From an uncultured Armatimonadetes bacterium (lineage in GTDB: Bacteria > Armatimonadota > Hebobacteria > Hebobacterales > Hebobacteraceae): a stretch of DNA of 64,000 bases. Positions 46,563-54,893 of the stretch are shown here, one piece after another (the first letter of the stretch is position 1; every line of letters starts with the position of its first letter). Both the position numbers and the translations under genes were made by a program. The stretch lies in the NCBI GenBank assembly GCA_963716175.1, contig OY970296.1, forward strand, positions 3,360,001 to 3,424,000. Reading direction: 5' to 3'. Below the pieces are notes generated by a model. It was not told the DNA's origin and ran no database searches. It saw only the letters and a program-made list of their open reading frames with translations.

Positions 46563-47147
46563 TCTCCCCCTTCGCCCGTCAGCTTGCTCTCGTCGAGTTC
46601 ATGATAGATCGCGCCCTGCCGCGTCAACTCGCTTTGCATCAAGAGTACCTGGTCTACCGGGACCTGACCCAGGTCCGCCTCGGCCAACTCCTCGATGGCG
46701 GCCGCCAGGCGGGGGTTGGGCTCAGGCTGCCGCGCCCGGCCCAAGGTGGAGATGGGCCTGGAAAGGCCGCCTCTCGCGCTCGAAGCCATGCTGCGCGCAG
46801 GCCGCCTCCACTCGCGCCGCCAGATCGGAGATCTCGGCCGCACCTTCCTTGACCGCGATCCAGACCACCCGGGCGCGGGTCAGGCTGGGGAAGGCGCCGG
46901 CGCCGCGGAAGTGCATGGTGAAGGGCCGCGCGCCCACCAAAGCTTGGCTCACGGTGCGCCAGAGCACCGTGAGGCGCTCCCGCTCCACCCCGCCCAGGAA
47001 CTTGAGGGTGATGTGGAAACCGTCAGGGTTGACCCATTTGATGCTTTCGTCCCCAGCCTTCAGTTGCTGCTGGGCGGCGCGGATCCCCTCCGCGGACGCC
47101 GGCGGCACGGCCACCGCGATGAAGCTGCGAATTCGCTCTTCGCTCAT
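46559..47147 (-). CDS. thpR: RNA 2',3'-cyclic phosphodiesterase (2H family), apparent +1 frameshift at 46748-46749
   Basis: First motif FHITLKFLG is intact; the second motif HLTLGR is restored by removing one base. Confidence 0.85.
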
Positions 47148-47163
47148 CTTGCGCCACCCACAG

Positions 47164-47209
47164 GGGCGGGATTCATGCCCGCCCGGGGCGCCATGAATGG
47201 CGCCCCTAC
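47164..47209. repeat. Double REP-like palindrome whose CTA is the cinA TAG stop
   Basis: GGGCGCCATGAATGGCGCCCCTAC (47186-47209) is identical to 48678-48701. Confidence 0.85.
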
Positions 47210-48453
47210 GCCTTGGATGTCAGTCTTCTGTACAGCAGATAGAGCGCCATCTGCGCCGCTCGTTCCTTCACCATCAGCCTGTCGCCGCGCAGCCGGTGCT
47301 CCTCGACCTGGGTCCCGGCGGAATCGGAGAGGCCGATGTAGGTCAGCCCGATCGGCTTGCTTGGAGTAGCGCCGGTGGGCCCCGCGATGCCGGTCACCGA
47401 AAGGCCGATGTCGGCCCCGCAAGTCTGTCTCACGCCTTCAGCCATGGCCCGCGCGGTCTGCTCGCTCACCGCGCCATGCTCGGCGATGGTCGCCGGCGGC
47501 ACTCCGAGCAGCTTGATCTTGGCTTCGTTGCTGTAGGTGACCAGGGAGGCCAGCAGGTAATCCGAGCTGCCGGCGACATTGGTGATGCGGTGGCCGATGA
47601 GGCCGCCGGTGCAGGACTCGGCCGCCGCCAGGGTCTTGCCGGCCGTGCGCAGCAGGCCGCCGATGACGCTCTCCAGCGTCTCGCCGTCAGCTCCGTATAT
47701 GTGCTTGCCCAGCCGCCGCTTGATCTCGGCCTCCACGGGGGCGATCATCGCCTCGGCCGCCGCCCGGTCGGGGGCGCGGGCGGTGACGCGCAGATGCACC
47801 TCGAAGGTCTTCGCCAGGGGCGCGACGGTGGGGTTGTGGGTGTGGATCAGATCCGAGATCTCGGCCTCGGCCTGGGATTCGCCGATTCCGGCGAGGCGGA
47901 GCACGCGGGACAGGATAACCGCTCCCCCCTCCTGGCGAGCGCGCTCGCCGAGGTAGGGGAGGACAGTCTGCTCGGCCATCGCCTTCATCTCGGGCGGCAC
48001 GCCGGGGAGGACGATGACGGTCTTGCCGTCCTTCTCGACGATGAACCCAGGAGCGGTGCCGACGGGGTTGGGCACGACCCGGGAGCCGCGCGGCACCCGC
48101 GCCTGCTTGAGAAGGCTATCCAGCAGCTTCACCCCGCGCTGGCGGGCGAACGATTGGATTCTCTCAGCCGCGGCCTCGTCCGCGACGAGGCCGACCCGCA
48201 TCACCTGGGCAACGCCGGCCGCGGTGACATCATCTTCGGTGGGCCCCAGTCCGCCTGTTGCGAGCACCACGTCGGCTCGCTCCAGGGCAATGCGCAGCGC
48301 GACGGCCAGTCGTTCAGCATTGTCACCGACCGTGGTCTTGTGATAGACGTTGATCCCCAGCCCAGATAGCTTCTCTGCCAGGTAAGCGGCATTAGTGTCT
48401 ACGATTTCCCCCAAGAGCAGCTCGGTGCCTACCGATAGCAGCTCTAAGTCCAT
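47206..48453 (-). CDS. cinA: Competence/damage-inducible CinA (ADP-ribose pyrophosphatase + NMN deamidase PncC)
   Basis: GTELLLGEIVDTN, GGLGPTEDD, AESCTGG and SVTGIAGP. Confidence 0.95.
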   Translation of the reverse strand: MDLELLSVGTELLLGEIVDTNAAYLAEKLSGLGINVYHKTTVGDNAERLAVALRIALERADVVLATGGLGPTEDDVTAAGVAQVMRVGLVADEAAAERIQSFARQRGVKLLDSLLKQARVPRGSRVVPNPVGTAPGFIVEKDGKTVIVLPGVPPEMKAMAEQTVLPYLGERARQEGGAVILSRVLRLAGIGESQAEAEISDLIHTHNPTVAPLAKTFEVHLRVTARAPDRAAAEAMIAPVEAEIKRRLGKHIYGADGETLESVIGGLLRTAGKTLAAAESCTGGLIGHRITNVAGSSDYLLASLVTYSNEAKIKLLGVPPATIAEHGAVSEQTARAMAEGVRQTCGADIGLSVTGIAGPTGATPSKPIGLTYIGLSDSAGTQVEEHRLRGDRLMVKERAAQMALYLLYRRLTSKA

Positions 48454-48580
48454 TCGCTCCTCCGGGCGCGGTCGAAGCCCACGCGTGCTCAATCCCTACT
48501 GGGTGGCCGCGGGAGCTGCGCTCCCGCCCCAAGTGTCTCTCCAGTGGTACAAAACCCGGACGGAGCCCACTTTGGGGGAG

Positions 48581-48609
48581 ATTATACGGCGTTTGGAGTT
48601 TGCACGCAA
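48581..48609 (-). promoter_or_regulatory. Promoter of the cinA-thpR-recA-recX operon
   Basis: TTGCGT-17 nt-TATAAT on the minus strand. Confidence 0.75.
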
Positions 48610-48677
48610 GTGTCGCGAAATGGGGCAGAGGAGCCACCAGGCTGCCCGCTCTCCTGACGGGCGTGCCCGGCTCTGGT

Positions 48678-48701
48678 GGGCGCCATGAATGGCGCCCCTA
48701 C
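48678..48701. repeat. REP-like palindrome providing the TAG stop of the HD gene
   Basis: Exact 24-nt copy of 47186-47209. Confidence 0.85.
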
Positions 48702-49366
48702 AGCAGCTTGGTGCCGTTGATCACCAGCTCGAACTCGCACCCCAGCACCCGGGCGGCGCGGCGGGCCATCACCATGCGCTGGAGGAAAAGCTCGAAGTAC
48801 TCCATGATGGGGGCGATCTGGGTGTCGGTCTCCAGGTGAAGGGAGATGAGGGTGTGCTCGCGGTTGACAGAGAGGTCAGAGGAGATGGTGGCGTAGTTCA
48901 CCCGGTCGTGCTCGTCGTAGCGGGAGGGGTGAATGTCGCGGACGCGGCTGCGGGCGACGTCTGACTTGTCGGCGATGATCACCGCCGCGGCCACGGGGCC
49001 GAAGGGCTCGCCGTGGGGCTCCTCGTGATTGCCCACCCCGGCCATGATGTCGGCCAGCTCGGCCGGCGGCATGCCCATCTCCTTCAGCACGCTGTAGGCC
49101 AGCACCACCGCCACCTGCTCGTGCTCCTCCCGGGTGGCGACATTGCCGATATCGTGCAGGTAGCCGGCGATGGCGGCGAGCTCGATCTCGCGGGGGCTGC
49201 GACCCAGGGCCTGCATGATGCCGCGCGCCCGGTCGGCGACCAGGTTGGCGTGGCGGAAGCCGTGCTCGGTATAGCCGATGGCCTCCATGTTCTGATCGGC
49301 GCGGGACAGGTAGATGGTGATGTCCTCGCGATGCTTCACATCGTCCAGTGTGATGTCTCTAGCCAT
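48698..49366 (-). CDS. HD-domain phosphohydrolase
   Basis: GYTEHGFRH, GYLHDIGN, GNHEE, ADKSD and HDRVNYA. Confidence 0.88.
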   Translation of the reverse strand: MARDITLDDVKHREDITIYLSRADQNMEAIGYTEHGFRHANLVADRARGIMQALGRSPREIELAAIAGYLHDIGNVATREEHEQVAVVLAYSVLKEMGMPPAELADIMAGVGNHEEPHGEPFGPVAAAVIIADKSDVARSRVRDIHPSRYDEHDRVNYATISSDLSVNREHTLISLHLETDTQIAPIMEYFELFLQRMVMARRAARVLGCEFELVINGTKLL

Positions 49367-49381
49367 GATCCCTCCGGGGAT

Positions 49382-49456
49382 CCGCGGATTACGCAGATCA
49401 CTCAGATCAGCCCGCCGGAGGCGGGCAAGTGCTTGTTCATGGGTGTCCATCTGCGG
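49382..49456. repeat. Composite 9/10-mer repeat with central CCCGCCGGAGGCGGG, overlapping the tgt 3' end
   Basis: CCGCGGATT-ACGCAGATC-ACTCAGATC ... ATCTGCGG; the core is identical to 8097-8115. Confidence 0.65.
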
Positions 49457-50599
49457 ATGAAATCCTCCGCGAACTCGCGATAGCGGCCAGCGAGAATGGC
49501 CTCTCGTATCTGCTCCATCAAACGCAAGTAGAGATACACGTTATGGTAGCTCACGCAGCGAGCGGCGAGAATCTCGCCCGACTTGTAGACATGGCGCAGG
49601 TAGGCCCGGGTGTAGGTGGTGCAGACCTGGCATCCGCAGTCCGGATCGAGCGGGCCCAGGTCATCCTGGTAATGGGCATTCTTCAGGTTCAGTTTTCCCG
49701 TTTTCGTGTAGGCCGTACCATTCCGCCCGAGGCGAGTCGGCAGCACGCAGTCGAACATATCTATGCCGGAGAGCACGGCGCGGACGATATCAGCCGGGCT
49801 GCCTACGCCCATCAAGTAGCGGGGGCGATGCTGCGGGAGCAGGGGCGCAGTGTGGCTGAGCAGAGAGAAGGTCAGGTCCTTGGGTTCTCCCACGGAGAGG
49901 CCGCCGATGGCGTAGCCATCGAAGGGGAGCTGGGTGAGCCGACCGGCGCTCTGGGCGCGCAGGTCAGGCTCGAACCCTCCCTGGACGATGCCGAATAGGG
50001 CCTGGGTGGGGGCAGGCTGGCAGCCCGGCGCACCCTGTGGGGCAGGTCGCGGACCTGCCCTACTTGGTTCGTGGTGGGCCTCGAGGCACCGCGCCGCCCA
50101 GCGGTCGGAACGTTCTGTGGCCTCACGGGTGGGGCCGGGGTCGGCGGGATAGCCGACGGGCTGATCGAAGGCCATGATGATGTCGGCTCCGATGGCGTGC
50201 TGGATCTCGATGGCGGACTCGGGGGTGAGGAGGTGCTCGGAGCCATCAATGTGGGAGCGGAAGCTGACCCCTTCCTCCGACACCTCCAACAGGGGCGCAA
50301 GGCTGAAAACCTGATAGCCCCCGCTGTCGGTGAGCGTGGCCCCGGGCCAGCGCATGAAGCGGGCGAGGCCGCCGGAGCGCTGGATGAGCTCGATGCCAGG
50401 CCGGAGATAGAGGTGGTAGGCGTTCCCGAGGAGGATGCGCGCGCCCAGCTCGAGCAGCTCGGGCCTGGGTGAGGGCCTTCACCGCAGCCTGGGTGGCGAC
50501 TGGCAGGAAGGCTGGGGTGTGGAAAGTATGCCCGTGGATGCTGAGGCGGCCGGCGCGGGCGCCGGTGGGGTCGGCGTTTTCGATGACGAACTCAAGCAT
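49402..50599 (-). CDS. tgt: Queuine tRNA-ribosyltransferase, apparent +1 frameshift at 50461-50463
   Basis: TPAFLPVAT, then GNAYHL, TDSGGYQVFSL, FGIVQGG, GGLSVGE, DMFDCVLPTR and the Zn site CGCQVC. Confidence 0.93.
50006..50063. repeat. Double REP-like element in frame inside tgt
   Basis: GGGCAGGTC-GCG-GACCTGCCC-TAC plus a GTGG-type partner; encodes about 20 extra residues before QALFGIVQGG. Confidence 0.8.
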
Positions 50600-50620
50600 A
50601 GGGCTGTGCGGCTGGCGGGC

Positions 50621-50650
50621 AGTATAGTCGGGGCGGCGCACAAGTGTCAA
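50621..50650 (-). promoter_or_regulatory. tgt promoter
   Basis: TTGACA-18 nt-TATACT on the minus strand. Confidence 0.7.
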
Positions 50651-50682
50651 GGGAGAGCCGCGAGCGCGCGCCCGGCAACGGC

Positions 50683-50712
50683 TTGACACCCGCTTGAAGG
50701 GGTGACTATAAT
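50683..50712 (+). promoter_or_regulatory. Divergent promoter for the Zn-ribbon-BON-gmk-coaBC operon
   Basis: TTGACA-18 nt-TATAAT. Confidence 0.75.
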
Positions 50713-50755
50713 CGCAATGCCAGCCTGTCTCGGGCTGATAGGGAGGCAGTAGGTC

Positions 50756-51511
50756 TTGCCCCAAGTCAGGTGCCCAGAGTGCGGCGCGTTGAACGATACC
50801 CGCGCCCCGGACTACCCGTTCTGCGTGGGCTGCCAGGACAACCTGGCGAAGTGCGGGTACTGCTACTGGTTCGACGAGCAGGCGGGCGTGTGCATGCATT
50901 CGGCGGTGGGGGACGCGTTCGAGGTGAGTGCGGCGGCGACCCCTCCTTGCAGCTATCACGCCCCTCGGGTGGCCTTGCGGGTGCGGCGGGAGGGGCGGCC
51001 CGCGCTGCTGCTGGTGGTGGGGGTGACGGCGGCGCTCTTCGCTCTGGCGTATGGGTCCTTCAAGCTGCTGGGGCCGGGGACGTCGAGCGGTCCCCCTCCA
51101 GGTAACCTGCAGCTATCGGTGGAGGCGGGCTACGAAAACGCCATCGTGGGACAACCCTACCTGGTGACGGCTGAAGTCTACAACATCTCTGATGTGGTGG
51201 TGCGGAATGTGAGGTTCGAGATCGCGAAGGCTTCTCTCGCCCAGCTTCAGCTGCGGACGGTGAGGCCACAGCCGGTGAAGGTAGATCAGTCCAGGAAGTG
51301 GCAGGTGCTGGTGTACCCGGACATGAACCCCCGGCAGCGGCGAACCATCACCCTGGAGTTGGTGCCGAAGAAGGCCGGGGCGCAGCATCTGGTGCTGCAG
51401 CTGACCTCGGGGCCCGGCGCCTATCACGGGATGACCGATCTTCCCGTCCTGGTGTGCGGCAGGCGGCCGGGCACGGCATCGGGAGGCAGGGAGCGGTATG
51501 AGACCCGATGA
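50756..51511 (+). CDS. Hypothetical protein: Cys-rich Zn-ribbon N-terminus, one TM helix, Ig/beta-sandwich C-terminus
   Basis: CPEC, CVGC, CGYC and C...C; hydrophobic segment; GGAGG RBS and TTG start. Confidence 0.7.
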   Translation: MPQVRCPECGALNDTRAPDYPFCVGCQDNLAKCGYCYWFDEQAGVCMHSAVGDAFEVSAAATPPCSYHAPRVALRVRREGRPALLLVVGVTAALFALAYGSFKLLGPGTSSGPPPGNLQLSVEAGYENAIVGQPYLVTAEVYNISDVVVRNVRFEIAKASLAQLQLRTVRPQPVKVDQSRKWQVLVYPDMNPRQRRTITLELVPKKAGAQHLVLQLTSGPGAYHGMTDLPVLVCGRRPGTASGGRERYETR

Positions 51512-51743
51512 TGCGCAGCTCACGCGGCGGGTGCGCAGTGAGATCATCAGACGAGAGCTGGACACGACGCGGCTCGAGGTGAAGGTGATCCACGGCGTAG
51601 CCTATCTGGCCGGTGAGCTGCGGCCGACGCGGAGTCAGAGGATACCCGACCCGAAGAAAGAGATGGAGATCATCGAGAACATCATCTATGGCATCAGCGG
51701 GATTCGGGGGATGGATAACCGCATCAAGTGGATCGAGCTTTGA
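51498..51743 (+). CDS. Small BON-like domain protein
   Basis: D..L...V....., V.V.HGV.YL.G and ISGIRGMDNRI pattern. Confidence 0.7.
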   Translation: MRPDDAQLTRRVRSEIIRRELDTTRLEVKVIHGVAYLAGELRPTRSQRIPDPKKEMEIIENIIYGISGIRGMDNRIKWIEL

Positions 51744-52384
51744 CGCTGCGGGTGGGCAAGGGGAGGGGGCGAGGGCTGCTGGTGGTGCTATCCGGCCCAT
51801 CGGGGGTGGGGAAAGGAACGGTGGTCTCGCGCGCCATGTCCGGTAGAGGGAGGGCGGCGGCGCGGCTGCGGCGCTCGGTATCGGTCACCACGCGGGCGAA
51901 GCGGGCGGAGGAGCAGGAGGGAAAGGACTACTTCTTCGTCTCGCCCGAGGAGTTCCAGAGATTGGCCACGGCGGGGGAACTGCTGGAGTGGGCGACCTAC
52001 CTGGACCATCGCTATGGCACGCCGCGGGAGTGGGTGGACCAGCAACTGGCGGCGGGATACGATGTGGTGCTCGAGATCGAGGTGGCGGGCGCGATGCAGG
52101 TGCGAGAGCGGCGCCCCGAGGCCGTGCTGATCTACATGCTTCCTCCCTCTCGGGCTGCGCTGCGGCGGCGGCTGGCGCGACGCAGAAGCGAGAGCCCAGA
52201 GCTGCAGCAGCGGCGCCTGGAAGTGGCGCAGCGGGAGATGGCTTGGGTTCCCAGGTATGACTACGTAATCATGAATGGCCGCGTGGGCGAGGCGGCGCGG
52301 CTGCTGCTGGCCATCCTGGAGACGGAGCGATGTCGGGTGGGGAGAGCGGGGGTTGATCCCTTGCTCGAGGTGAGCGGTGGCTGA
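51740..52384 (+). CDS. gmk: Guanylate kinase
   Basis: SGPSGVGKGT, SVTTR, EGKDYFF, YGTP and LEIEVAGA. Confidence 0.95.
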   Translation: MTLRVGKGRGRGLLVVLSGPSGVGKGTVVSRAMSGRGRAAARLRRSVSVTTRAKRAEEQEGKDYFFVSPEEFQRLATAGELLEWATYLDHRYGTPREWVDQQLAAGYDVVLEIEVAGAMQVRERRPEAVLIYMLPPSRAALRRRLARRRSESPELQQRRLEVAQREMAWVPRYDYVIMNGRVGEAARLLLAILETERCRVGRAGVDPLLEVSGG

Positions 52385-53612
52385 ACGCTTGGACGGGAAG
52401 ATCATCGTGCTGGGGATCACCGGCAGCATCGCCGCCTACAAAGGGGCGGAGGTGGCAAGGCGCCTGATGGACCTGGGCGCCGAGGTCCACGTCACGCTCA
52501 CGCGGGCGGGAGCGCAGTTCATCACCCCGCTCACTCTGCGCACCCTCACCGGCCATCCGGTGATAGTGGACATGTTCGAGGACCCGACCGAGTGGCAGGT
52601 CGAGCACGTGTCGCTGGCCAAGCGCGCGGCCGCCATCGTAGTGGCCCCGGCGAGCGCGGACGCGATAGCAAAGCTGGCCCTGGGAATGGGGGACGAGTTT
52701 ATCTACGCGGTGGCGCTGGCGGCGCGGGCGCCGCTGGTGATCGCGCCGGCGATGGAGAGCAATATGCTCTCCCATCCCGCCACCCAGGAGCATGTGAGGC
52801 TGCTGCGGGCGCGGGGCGCCTATTTCGTGGAGCCAGAGAGCGGGCGGCTCGCCTCCGGCGCGGTGGGGCCGGGCCGGCTGGCGCCGCCAGAGATGATCGC
52901 TTCCGCGGTGGCGGCGCTGCTGGCGCCCGGCGACCTGAGCGGGGTCCAGGTGCTGGTGACGGCCGGGCCTACGCGGGAGCCAGTGGACGCGGTGCGCTAC
53001 CTGTCGAATCGCTCCAGCGGCAAGATGGGATATGCACTGGCGGCGGCCGCGGTGCGGCGGGGGGCGCAGGTCAGCCTGATCTCTGGGCCCACCTCTCTCC
53101 TGGAGCCGACCGGCTGCGAGGTGGTGCGGGTGGAGAGGGCCTCCGAGATGCGAGAGGAGGTGCGGCGGCGCTTCCCCGACTGTGACGTGTTGATCGCGGC
53201 GGCGGCGGTGGCCGATTTTGCGCCCGCCCAGGCATCGGAAGGCAAGGTGAAGAAGAAGAGCATGCCGATGCAGCTCGAACTGCGCCCGACCCCGGATATA
53301 CTGGCGGAGTGCGGCCGCGCCAGGAAGCCCCGCCAGCTGCTGGTGGGGTTCGCCGCCGAGACCGAGGAGCTGCTGGCCAACGCCAGGGCGAAGCTGAAGT
53401 CGAAGCGATTGGACCTGATGGTGGCGAATGATGTCTCCCGCGCTGGAGTCGGCATGGGTTCCGAGCGCAATGCCGGCTACCTGCTGTTCGCCGACGGGGG
53501 AGAGATAGAGCTGCCGGAGATGGAGAAGTCGGCCTTCGCCGAGCGCGTGCTGGACGCAGTGGTGGAGGCGCGCAAAAAGAAAGAGAGGAGAAAGCCGAGA
53601 GCAGAGAGGTGA
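52377..53612 (+). CDS. coaBC: Phosphopantothenoylcysteine decarboxylase/synthetase
   Basis: GITGSIAAYK, APAM, TAGPTRE, SNRSSGKMG and GFAAET. Confidence 0.96.
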   Translation: MAERLDGKIIVLGITGSIAAYKGAEVARRLMDLGAEVHVTLTRAGAQFITPLTLRTLTGHPVIVDMFEDPTEWQVEHVSLAKRAAAIVVAPASADAIAKLALGMGDEFIYAVALAARAPLVIAPAMESNMLSHPATQEHVRLLRARGAYFVEPESGRLASGAVGPGRLAPPEMIASAVAALLAPGDLSGVQVLVTAGPTREPVDAVRYLSNRSSGKMGYALAAAAVRRGAQVSLISGPTSLLEPTGCEVVRVERASEMREEVRRRFPDCDVLIAAAAVADFAPAQASEGKVKKKSMPMQLELRPTPDILAECGRARKPRQLLVGFAAETEELLANARAKLKSKRLDLMVANDVSRAGVGMGSERNAGYLLFADGGEIELPEMEKSAFAERVLDAVVEARKKKERRKPRAER

Positions 53613-53662
53613 AAGCCAGGGCAGTGCCCTCTACTGTCTCCTCTCCCCTCTCGACTCTCTAG
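53582..53662. repeat. Inverted heptamer arrays at the coaBC 3' end
   Basis: AGAGAGG-AGAAAGC-CGAGAGC-AGAGAGG-TGAAAGC, central AGGGCA/TGCCCT, then CTACTGT-CTCCTCT-CCCCTCT-CGACTCT. Confidence 0.65.
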
Positions 53663-53675
53663 TGAGGACAACCGA

Positions 53676-54824
53676 ATGCCGTCTGACAGCTACCTGTTCA
53701 CGTCTGAGTCCGTGACCGAGGGCCACCCCGACAAGATGGCCGACCAGATCTCGGATGCCGTGCTCGACGCGCTGCTGACGCAGGACCCGAACAGCCGAGT
53801 GGCCTGCGAGACTCTGATCACCACGGGGCTGGTGATCGTGGCCGGGGAGGTGACCACTCGGGGATATGTGGACATACCATCGGTGGTGCGGGGGACGATC
53901 CAGGAGATCGGCTATACCCGGGCCAAGTTCGGGTTCGACTCCGAGGTGTCCGGGGTGCTGACCGCGATCCAGGAGCAGTCCTGCGATATCGCCATGGGCG
54001 TGGATATCGGGGGCGCGGGCGACCAGGGGATGATGTTCGGATATGCGGTGAATGAGACCCCGGAGCTGATGCCGATGCCCATCATGCTGGCGCACCGGCT
54101 GGCGCGGCGGCTGGCGGAGATGCGCCGCCTGGGCGAGGTGGACTACCTGCGCCCGGATGGGAAGAGTCAGGTTACGGTGGTGTATGCGAGCGGCCGGCCG
54201 GTCTACCTGAGCAAGATCGTGGTCGCCGCGCATCACCGGCCGGATGTGGATCACGAGCACATCCGGGGGGACATCATCGAGCGGGTAATCCAGGCGGTGT
54301 GCCCGGAGGAGATGATGGACGAGGACACCGAGATTCTGGTGAACCCGACCGGCAGCTTCGAGCGGGGCGGGCCGCTGGCCGACACCGGCCTGACCGGTCG
54401 CAAGATCATCGTTGACACCTATGGGGGAATGGCGCGGCACGGAGGTGGGAGCTTCTCGGGCAAGGACGCCACGAAAGTGGACCGCTCGGCGAGCTACATG
54501 ATGCGCTACGTGGCGAAAAACATCGTGGCCGCGGGCCTGGCGGACCGAGTGGAGACCCAGGTGGCCTATGCCATCGGGCGGGCTGATCCCATGGGCTTCT
54601 GGGTGGACACCTTCGGCACCGGACAGATGGAGGACGAGCGCCTGGCCGAGCTCTGCCTGGAGCTGTTCGATTTCCGCCCCCGCGCCATCATTGACAAGCT
54701 GGAGCTGCGCAGGCCCCAGTTCCGCCAGGTGGCGGCCTACGGCCACTTCGGTCGGGTTGACCTCCCGGTGCTGTGGGAGGTCACGGATATGGCCGACAAG
54801 CTGCGGCGGGCGGCCGGCTGCTAG
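53676..54824 (+). CDS. metK: S-adenosylmethionine synthetase
   Basis: [30 protein letters not shown] and GGGSFSGKD. Confidence 0.97.
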   Translation: MPSDSYLFTSESVTEGHPDKMADQISDAVLDALLTQDPNSRVACETLITTGLVIVAGEVTTRGYVDIPSVVRGTIQEIGYTRAKFGFDSEVSGVLTAIQEQSCDIAMGVDIGGAGDQGMMFGYAVNETPELMPMPIMLAHRLARRLAEMRRLGEVDYLRPDGKSQVTVVYASGRPVYLSKIVVAAHHRPDVDHEHIRGDIIERVIQAVCPEEMMDEDTEILVNPTGSFERGGPLADTGLTGRKIIVDTYGGMARHGGGSFSGKDATKVDRSASYMMRYVAKNIVAAGLADRVETQVAYAIGRADPMGFWVDTFGTGQMEDERLAELCLELFDFRPRAIIDKLELRRPQFRQVAAYGHFGRVDLPVLWEVTDMADKLRRAAGC

Positions 54825-54888
54825 CCCCTGTAGGGTGCCGATGTGGCCGGCGGGCATGCGAACTGCATGCATACCCGCCCTTCAGGGG
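54825..54888. repeat. Intergenic REP-like element with outer CCCCTGTAGGG/CCCTTCAGGGG stem
   Basis: GGCGGGCATGC-9 nt-GCATACCCGCC-CTTCA; close to the copy at 59740-59775. Confidence 0.75.
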
Positions 54889-54893
54889 TATCC

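Noticed and set aside
53613-53675. SAM riboswitch upstream of metK
   Set aside because: The gap is only about 60 nt and is filled by heptamer repeats; no S-box core is visible.
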